A stretch of 64,000 bases of DNA, from NCBI GenBank assembly GCA_030603565.1, contig JAUVXM010000002.1:2151-66150 (forward strand), given 5' to 3'. This document shows positions 57,321-64,000 of the stretch, piece by piece. The translations under genes were made by a program, and so were the position numbers. The notes below the pieces were generated by a model. The model did not search any database. It was not told where the DNA came from and saw nothing but the letters and a program-made list of their open reading frames with translations. The DNA comes from Candidatus Aminicenantes bacterium (lineage in GTDB: Bacteria > Acidobacteriota > Aminicenantia > Aminicenantales > Aminicenantaceae). Each line of letters starts with the position of its first letter. Position 1 is the stretch's first letter.

Positions 57321-59777
57321 TTGGAGGAAAAAATGAATATCCTAAGAAAAATTTTAGCTCTTACATGTTTACTTTGTATCCCGATTGCCCTGACTGCTGC
57401 CCAAGGACAGCCCAAAATCACTCAAAACGAAGACCATGTCATCTCTTTTGGAAATAATCTGGCGATTATTGGCGCTTCCTCTCGAATTTTTCAATCCATC
57501 TTAAACTATCCTGTTGCCGATACTATGGGATGCCTGATCAGCTTTGTCCCTGCCGGAGAAAATCTTAACAACACACTTTGCATAGGCTCTCCATACCTTA
57601 AACTCAGGGATAAACAGGAGTTCGTTGCTTATTCCTCTGTTAAAAAGATAGAAAGTTTGACTCCCGAAAGTTCCCTGAGTATGGAGGCAACCGGAAATTA
57701 TGAGGGATACCGGGGAGAAAAAGCCAGTATTACAACGACTTACAATTTTATCCCACAATCAGGAAAAATAGATATTTCCTCCACCATAAAAAATACCGGC
57801 AAAAATACAATAGATAAATTCTCCTACTCGGTCTATTGCGGAACAAACACCCGTTATTCTTTTTCCCCTTTTCACAAAGAAATATTCCCCGGTTTAAACT
57901 TCCAAATATATCAGAAAGAAGACCTGGCTCTAGGCTGGATAAACCTTAATTCGACATCAGATAACGATACAGACTCTCTAGCCCCGGAAGAAAGCTTTAA
58001 TGTCCGCTACTCTATGTTGGTCGGCAGCCAGGTTGCCACTTTGATGGAAAGGGTTTATCAGATCCTGGGGGTAAAAACTGTACAAGCCGGAATCCTCCTG
58101 GAAGAATATAAGGGAAACCTGGCTGAAGTGATTATAAGTGACGTCTTATCCGGATCGATTTTTTTCCGCACATTTTTAACATCAAAAAAGATCATAGGCA
58201 TCCCCCTTCCAGAAGGCACTTATTCCGCCAGGGCAAATCTATTTCCAGCTGTACAGAGGACAACCTTTGCTGCAGGTTCTGGTATAGAAAATATCTGTAT
58301 CATAAAAGATACTGCCAAGGGAAAAATCAAGGTCCGAATCTTAACCGGACAGGGGGAATTTGTCCCGGGAAAAGTTACTTTTATTGGTCTATCCCCAACT
58401 GAATCCCCTTACTTCAAGCCGGACAACCCCTTGATAACCGGAAAATACTGGGAGACATTTAAAAACTCACGCTTCTCCGGTGAACAAAGCCTCGAGATCA
58501 CTCTGCCGGTCGGAACCTATCTTATCTATGCTTCCCGCGGCCCTGAATATTCGTTCGACCAACAGGTAGTAGAAATCCTGAAAAACGACCAGCAAAAATT
58601 TGACTTCCATATCAATAAAGAAGTCGATACAGCAGATTTGATATCCATAGACCCCCATATGCATACAACAAAATCAGATGGGAAGATGAGCATTGCAGCC
58701 CGGCTGAAATCCCTGGCAGCCGAAGGCATTGAAGTAGCCATTTTAACAGACCATAACTATATCACCAACTATCTCCCTGCTCTTAAATCCACAGGCCTGG
58801 AAAATATTCTTTCTTTAATATCAGGGAATGAAGTAACCATCAACGGAATGATCCACTATAATACTTACCCTCTGACATGCCGGGAAGATAAGAAAAACAA
58901 TGGAGCAATAAATCCGGTATCCGACACTGTGACCCCCCTCTTTAAACTAAGCCGAGATACCGACCCCGAAACTCTTATACAGGTAAATCATCCCAGAAGC
59001 GGCAGCCTAGGCTATTTCAATATGCTCCAGCTTGACCCGGAAACAGCCGCCTATGCTTTAAAAGGTTTTGACACTTCTTTTGATGTTCTGGAAATAATAA
59101 ACGGTCCTTACTGCCATCCGGCCAATGCCGCTTCCATCCAGGATTGGCTTCATCTTTTAGACCGCGGCTACTACTATCCCCTGGTAGGTTCCTCTGATTC
59201 ACACGGAATCGACCGAAGAGAGCCTGGATACTCACGCACATATGTCTATTACAAAGGTGAAAAGGGAGGCGACCTTGATGAAAATGCCCTGATACAAGCA
59301 ATAAAATGGGGCCACTCATTTGCCAGTAATGGCCCAATAATCGATGTTAAAGTCAATGATACTTTTAAGTGTGGAGATACCTTAACAGACAAAGACGGGA
59401 ATGTGGACTTAGAAGTCAGAGTCCAAAGTGCTTCCTGGGTCGCTTTGGATGCGGCCCGGCTAATAATCAATGGAAAAAGAAAATTGGGATTTCCGATACA
59501 ACAAAAAGACCCAGGGGCCTTAGATTTTACAAAAAATATTCAGCTGAATATCAAAGAGGATTCCTATATTGTGGTCGAAATCTTAGGCAAAAAAAGCCTC
59601 TATCCTGTTATGCAGGCCACAGCCCGCAACGGACTTTCAAGTAACGCTATCCTTCCCTATGCTTTAACCAATCCCATCTTTATCGATGTGGATGGAAATG
59701 GAAAATTCGACCCCCCTATAAAGGACGAAATCAGACTCGTCGATCAAATACCGGAAACTGACAATACAGAAAAATAG
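57321..59777 (+). CDS. CehA/McbA-family PHP metallohydrolase, secreted
   Basis: DPHMHT..SDG, TDHN, GNE, NHPR, EIING, SSDSH, SRGPEY, TNPIFID; start probably ATG 57333. Confidence 0.88.
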   Translation: MEEKMNILRKILALTCLLCIPIALTAAQGQPKITQNEDHVISFGNNLAIIGASSRIFQSILNYPVADTMGCLISFVPAGENLNNTLCIGSPYLKLRDKQEFVAYSSVKKIESLTPESSLSMEATGNYEGYRGEKASITTTYNFIPQSGKIDISSTIKNTGKNTIDKFSYSVYCGTNTRYSFSPFHKEIFPGLNFQIYQKEDLALGWINLNSTSDNDTDSLAPEESFNVRYSMLVGSQVATLMERVYQILGVKTVQAGILLEEYKGNLAEVIISDVLSGSIFFRTFLTSKKIIGIPLPEGTYSARANLFPAVQRTTFAAGSGIENICIIKDTAKGKIKVRILTGQGEFVPGKVTFIGLSPTESPYFKPDNPLITGKYWETFKNSRFSGEQSLEITLPVGTYLIYASRGPEYSFDQQVVEILKNDQQKFDFHINKEVDTADLISIDPHMHTTKSDGKMSIAARLKSLAAEGIEVAILTDHNYITNYLPALKSTGLENILSLISGNEVTINGMIHYNTYPLTCREDKKNNGAINPVSDTVTPLFKLSRDTDPETLIQVNHPRSGSLGYFNMLQLDPETAAYALKGFDTSFDVLEIINGPYCHPANAASIQDWLHLLDRGYYYPLVGSSDSHGIDRREPGYSRTYVYYKGEKGGDLDENALIQAIKWGHSFASNGPIIDVKVNDTFKCGDTLTDKDGNVDLEVRVQSASWVALDAARLIINGKRKLGFPIQQKDPGALDFTKNIQLNIKEDSYIVVEILGKKSLYPVMQATARNGLSSNAILPYALTNPIFIDVDGNGKFDPPIKDEIRLVDQIPETDNTEK

Positions 59778-59791
59778 CACCCCAAATAAAG

Positions 59792-60988
59792 CTATTTGCG
59801 TTCATTTCCCCAAAGCTTCTTATTTCCATGTGCCTGGCGCCAGACATCCCGCCAACGGTGCATCTCAACCGGCCCTATTGCCGGCATATTCTGTCTCTCT
59901 TCCTTTGGTCTCATTTCCGGAAAGGGCTTGTGTGGTTCTTTTTGATACCAGTAGGCTACAGTTACGAGGTCAAGCGTTAGGCAGTTATTGTGGCCATGTT
60001 CAATCGTCGCCTTTAATGACTTTTCAAAAGCAATAGGAGATTCCAGAAAAAAATTATAACAATGTGTCCTACCCAGCCATCCTATCTGCTCATTGACCCG
60101 GGCATAGCCAAAATAAGGATGCATATAGATCTCTTTTGGGCACCAGGAAGAATTAAAAAAGTCTTCCGTTCCAGTACCATGGAGTGAAGAAGGCCACTTT
60201 TCTCCATCGATAAAAAACATATCATCCCCCTCCCCATACCAGACAGGGCTGGGGCTATCAACATAATAATTCACACCGACAAAATGCCCTTTTCCTTCAA
60301 TATCCGCAAAAACATAGTTGCCGGTACCATCTGTATTTGCCCCCTGAGGGCCTAATATACTCCATTCATTTTCCCCATCCGGCAGCGGCTCGGTCAGTTC
60401 CCTACTCCAGAATGCATGGAATCTCCCCAGTTCAGGACCAATAGTATCATGTTCTTCATAATCAATATAATAGTAAAATGCATCGATTTGTTTTTCGGAT
60501 TGATTTTCAACAGTTATAAGAGCACCATTGCTAAAGGGCATAGAAAAATAACAGTTTAAAGCATTTCCGTCTTTTGGAGCCACCGCCAAAGGAAGGGAAA
60601 TAAAATTGTATTTTTCCCCCCAACCCTGGCCAAAAAAATCTCCGATTGGAGATTCCACGCTTGGTTCCTGTTCTCCATCCCAATACATACGCAAAATCCC
60701 ATTGCGTCGCAACATGGGGTCTTGGGAGGAAATCGTAACCCAGATATGCTTTATAATACCCGCGCCTTCAATCCGGGCGAGTTCTGCAGTCTCTCCTGAC
60801 TTAATGACCAGCCGGTCAGCATTTTTCCCGCTCCGGTCATAACTGGAAATCCTTTTAGAACGGTATTGTTTGAAATGAGCGAGATTATTCAGAATAGTCA
60901 CTGATTGGTCACTATCCTGAATAAATCCAAATAATGTTCCGGTCAAAATAGAAACTGGCATAATAAAAATCCACTTTCTCAAGCGCAT
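59792..60988 (-). CDS. DUF2961 / GH172 family glycoside hydrolase
   Basis: SSYDRSG.NAD, YWDGE..PSVE.PIGDFF, WYGEGDD, GTGTEDFF, IEHGH.N, AYWYQ. Confidence 0.92.
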   Translation of the reverse strand: MRLRKWIFIMPVSILTGTLFGFIQDSDQSVTILNNLAHFKQYRSKRISSYDRSGKNADRLVIKSGETAELARIEGAGIIKHIWVTISSQDPMLRRNGILRMYWDGEQEPSVESPIGDFFGQGWGEKYNFISLPLAVAPKDGNALNCYFSMPFSNGALITVENQSEKQIDAFYYYIDYEEHDTIGPELGRFHAFWSRELTEPLPDGENEWSILGPQGANTDGTGNYVFADIEGKGHFVGVNYYVDSPSPVWYGEGDDMFFIDGEKWPSSLHGTGTEDFFNSSWCPKEIYMHPYFGYARVNEQIGWLGRTHCYNFFLESPIAFEKSLKATIEHGHNNCLTLDLVTVAYWYQKEPHKPFPEMRPKEERQNMPAIGPVEMHRWRDVWRQAHGNKKLWGNERK

Positions 60989-61065
60989 TTATTCCTCCTT
61001 TTTTTACTCAAATTATTCTCTATCTTTTATATACTAAAATCAGCAAAAACATGTATCTGCAAGAG

Positions 61066-61145
61066 GGGTCAAGTCTTCATCTTCCACATTTCTATATTTT
61101 CCTTAGTTTTATATCAGAAAAATGTGGAATACGAAGACTTGACCC
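61066..61145. repeat. REP/REPIN-like inverted repeat pair
   Basis: GGGTCAAGTCTTCATCTTCCACATTT ... AAATGTGGAATACGAAGACTTGACCC (26 bp, 2 mismatches). Confidence 0.75.
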
Positions 61146-61162
61146 TTTTTTCCAGGATAGGC

Positions 61163-62086
61163 TTAGGATTCATCAACCAGGATAAAGGCCGCAACAGCAG
61201 AGGCATGAAAAGCACGCCCTGAGAGTTTTTTAATATCAGCAATAGATTTATATTCTTCCACTCCCTGGAAGGGCGGGGCATGATTTGATATTTTGTCTCT
61301 AATATGGGCTAAAGCCAAAATACTTGCTCCAATAGGAATTTCATTTAAATCCTTTTCTAAAATTCCAGCTTCCCGGATATAATACAGGTTAAAACTGTTT
61401 AATAAAGGCGCCACCTCTTTTAAAAGAGATGCTGTTGATTTTAATATCACTTTATCGTGATCATCAAGGGAATTTTCTGAAGTTTTTATGTCTGCTCCCA
61501 AAAAATCTGTCATTTCCACAAAAAAGGCTACGTTAGTATGCAAGGCCCCTGCTTCAGAAAGAAGAGCAGCTGATTTGATGTTTTCCATCTCCCGGGTATC
61601 AAGCCCGACAGCAACAGCGAGCTTCCCAGCGAAGCTGGCAATGCGCAAAGAGGACGGTTTAATATCATCCCCGCATTCAAGATATTTAAATAAGACTTCC
61701 AATATACCTATATAAGCGTTTCTCATTTTTTGAATTCTTTTCTCTCTTTGCTCGGAAATAACTCCAATAAGAGCACCGGTTAATATTAAGAAGCTTGCCC
61801 AGGAAACAAGAGTGATGACCTCATCCATCGAAAAGGAAAGTCCTATTCCTGTACCCTGATGTGTAAATATCAGATAAAGAAAAACAATCAGGACGCAAAA
61901 AACACTAGTCAAAACTCCATGTTTTTTGCCTAAAAAATATCCTGCAAGTATGACCGGAAGGAAAAAAAAGTTTAAAAAAGATAATTTATAATGAACAAGC
62001 AGGGCAATAGCCAAAGTCCCCACCAGGATCAAAGCAATCAATGAACCTTCAAAATGGTCAACAATAAAGGCTTTTATTTTTTTCAT
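61163..62086 (-). CDS. Membrane protein with degenerate HD-GYP-like domain
   Basis: 4 TMs, then SLRIA..A...GL..IKSAALLSEAG (HD replaced by SE), IPIGASILA. Confidence 0.7.
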   Translation of the reverse strand: MKKIKAFIVDHFEGSLIALILVGTLAIALLVHYKLSFLNFFFLPVILAGYFLGKKHGVLTSVFCVLIVFLYLIFTHQGTGIGLSFSMDEVITLVSWASFLILTGALIGVISEQREKRIQKMRNAYIGILEVLFKYLECGDDIKPSSLRIASFAGKLAVAVGLDTREMENIKSAALLSEAGALHTNVAFFVEMTDFLGADIKTSENSLDDHDKVILKSTASLLKEVAPLLNSFNLYYIREAGILEKDLNEIPIGASILALAHIRDKISNHAPPFQGVEEYKSIADIKKLSGRAFHASAVAAFILVDES

Positions 62087-62152
62087 CTACCCCTATCCAG
62101 TAAATTTTATATCACCCATGGGTCAATTAGTCAATCATATTGTTTTCCCATT

Positions 62153-62863
62153 TTATTGTGATGAACCATTCCTGTCCGGTCCTTTGGAAAAAATTGCCAG
62201 TAATAAGTCCCTATCCTTTGCAGTTATAGCCATACGCCCGAACAAATCATGAACCATGCCGGTCACATGTGCATTATTTCCTGGATTGATAAATTTCTTT
62301 TCCTCCAATTTCTGCAAAATAAGCCTGATACACTCCTCTTGTTCCCAGCGGGGAAGCGGCTTTTTTTGGGCTGCCTGCATTTTATTCGCCCCCGCTGTGC
62401 TGTAAATACTAAACAACGTAATCAACACCGCTGAAGCAAGATTATAGGAAGGCTGTGATGTTTCCTGCGGTATAGCAAATAGGAAATTGGAATGATACAA
62501 CTCCTCTGATGTCAATCCGGTCCTTTCATTCCCAAAAAGAATGCCGATCCTGCTTTCTGGGGAAAACTTTAACATTTTTCTCACAGCCTGCTTTAAAGAA
62601 AGGGAGGTATAGTTTTTTCTATGCCTAGCTGTAGCAGCAAACACGACATCCATATCAGCAACTGCTGTGGATATATCAGGATAAACTCCGGAATTATCTA
62701 AGATCTCTTCTGCATGAACAGCAGTAATATAAGAGTTTGGATCAATTGGTGTACCCAAGATAAGTCTTAATTCATTAAAACCCGTATTTTTCATGCCGCG
62801 GGCGACTAAGCCAATATTTTCAGGACTCGAAGGCCGGGATAAAATAACGAAAAAACTGCTCAT
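62153..62863 (-). CDS. trmJ: SPOUT RNA methyltransferase, TrmJ/TrmH group 1
   Basis: P..PENIG..AR.MKN.G, ATAR, LFGNERTGL, SYNLASAV; start ATG 62863 (or GTG 62884 inside the repeat). Confidence 0.85.
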   Translation of the reverse strand: MSSFFVILSRPSSPENIGLVARGMKNTGFNELRLILGTPIDPNSYITAVHAEEILDNSGVYPDISTAVADMDVVFAATARHRKNYTSLSLKQAVRKMLKFSPESRIGILFGNERTGLTSEELYHSNFLFAIPQETSQPSYNLASAVLITLFSIYSTAGANKMQAAQKKPLPRWEQEECIRLILQKLEEKKFINPGNNAHVTGMVHDLFGRMAITAKDRDLLLAIFSKGPDRNGSSQ

Positions 62864-62870
62864 TGCTTTA

Positions 62871-62943
62871 TCCGGATTATTCACGAGTCACTGAAAAGAA
62901 ATTAATAATAAAAACATCGCCATTTTTTTATGAATAGTTCAGG
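62871..62943. mobile_element. Internally deleted MITE-like copy (B...A)
   Basis: TCCGGATTATTCACGAGTC...CATCGCCATTTTTTTATGAATAGTTCAGG|CTAA; the flanking CTA is the dut stop codon. Confidence 0.7.
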
Positions 62944-63372
62944 CTAATACTTGCCAGTGCTCCCGAACCCGTTTTCTCCGCGGGTTGTATTATCCAATCC
63001 ATCAACCTCGACTATCTCTACCTTTTGAACCGGCTGCACAAGAAGCTGGGCGATTTTCATGCCCTTATCAATAACAAAAGGTATATCACCAAGATTTATC
63101 ATCACAACCTTTACTTCTCCGCGATACCCGGAATCGACTACTCCAGCAAGGCGATGGACTCCATTGAGGGAAATTCCACTCTTATCCCAGATCAAGCCGA
63201 CATAGCCTTTAGGTAAAGCAATTTTTATCCCAGTCGGCACAGGGAAAGCCCGGCCTGGCTCCAAAATGCAATTATTCACAGAGAAAATATCCAGGCCGGC
63301 ATCACCTTTATGACCGTAAACAGGCAGTCTGGCGTCCTTATGAACACGTTTTACTTTAAGTTCCATGCTCAA
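62944..63372 (-). CDS. dut: dUTP diphosphatase
   Basis: AGLD, TGI, KSG, GVVDSGYRGE, KIAQL, RGENGFGSTG; start may be ATG 63366. Confidence 0.95.
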   Translation of the reverse strand: MSMELKVKRVHKDARLPVYGHKGDAGLDIFSVNNCILEPGRAFPVPTGIKIALPKGYVGLIWDKSGISLNGVHRLAGVVDSGYRGEVKVVMINLGDIPFVIDKGMKIAQLLVQPVQKVEIVEVDGLDNTTRGENGFGSTGKY

Positions 63373-64000
63373 TCACCTTCAATAGAGACTCTCTTGAAAT
63401 ATTTTTTTGCTCTATCAGCAAATTCCTTAAATTCTATCCGGGAAAAAGTTGTTTTCTGCATATAAGACTTGTCAATAGTATTCTCAGGAACAAAGTTCTG
63501 CAGCTGGAAATAATCACTTCCCTTAAGCAGTTCCCCTATCTTTTCAATATCCTCGACCTGGAAAAGACCAGGAACGACTGTAGTACGGAAAACATATGGG
63601 ACCCCTGAAGTCCTGATAAGATTAATACTAGTCCGAATATCATTGGTCTTCACATTCGATTTTGTAACCTCTTGATACCTTTCAAGCGGAGCTTTTATAT
63701 CCATGGCTACAAAATCCACCAGCTTTTTTTTAATTAAACCTTCAAGCCTCAGCGGAAAAGAACCATTGGTATCTACCTTTACCAAAAGGTCACGCTCTTT
63801 TATTACCTGCAGCAGGATTTCAAGATCTTTATGAATAAGCGGTTCTCCCCCTGTTACACAGATGGCCTCCAACCAGTCTTTGCGGGCATCAAGGAAGCTT
63901 AAAAAAAAATTCAAAGGAAATACCGGAATGCTTTCCGGATTTAAAACCAGGTCTGCATTATGACAGAAAGGACAGCGAAAATTACATCCCCCTGTAAAAA
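63369..64000 (-). CDS. nrdG: Anaerobic ribonucleotide reductase activating radical-SAM protein, 5'-partial
   Basis: Frame is open to the window edge: FTGGCNFRCPFCHN (CxxxCxxC), TGGEP, DTNG, AMDIKAP, FRTT. Confidence 0.85.
   Translation of the reverse strand, partial: FTGGCNFRCPFCHNADLVLNPESIPVFPLNFFLSFLDARKDWLEAICVTGGEPLIHKDLEILLQVIKERDLLVKVDTNGSFPLRLEGLIKKKLVDFVAMDIKAPLERYQEVTKSNVKTNDIRTSINLIRTSGVPYVFRTTVVPGLFQVEDIEKIGELLKGSDYFQLQNFVPENTIDKSYMQKTTFSRIEFKEFADRAKKYFKRVSIEGD

Noticed and set aside
811-63216. Numerous 60-215 aa ORFs antisense to or overlapping long genes (e.g. 22571-23212, 25011-25481, 46177-46677, 53695-54141)
   Set aside because: Shadow frames of well-supported genes; no RBS or motifs.
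1-64000. tRNA, rRNA, riboswitch or prophage genes
   Set aside because: None recognised by eye; a covariance-model scan would be needed to exclude small RNAs.

Overview
Bacterial chromosomal window of moderate-to-low GC. The gene content suggests a diderm anaerobe, possibly Ca. Aminicenantes-like (inference only). 1-8 kb is a defence locus: a Type III R-M mod (only its 3' tail is in the window) and res are separated by a 4-gene insert (HEPN-like ORF, GHKL/MORC ATPase fused to a TIGR02391/Ymh HEPN-like domain, C5 DNA methylase, Vsr), followed by an AAA+DUF4143 ATPase. In 8-37 kb, pgsW lies ~26 kb from pgsBC. The intervening DNA is a mosaic of accessory modules (tricorn protease, TetR-FabH-MMPL-LolA-like-OM barrel operon, GH127 + M6 protease, beta-lactamase-like protein, FadD, BlaI/M56-TonB, PIN TA, beta-propeller) with several duplication and deletion scars. 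37-64 kb is mostly housekeeping and envelope genes: M28 peptidase, twin antiporters with PTS-IIA and PII-like genes, MNT-HEPN TA, Tat-exported enzymes, a RAYT transposase, SBP-HK-NtrC, GH172, trmJ, dut, nrdG. A family of at least 8 MITE-like elements with 13-bp TIRs is scattered across the window. It has a structured arm, an internal segment seen in both orientations, and often overlaps start or stop codons of neighbouring genes. No tRNA, rRNA or CRISPR array was recognised. All family calls come from motif recognition by eye, not database searches.
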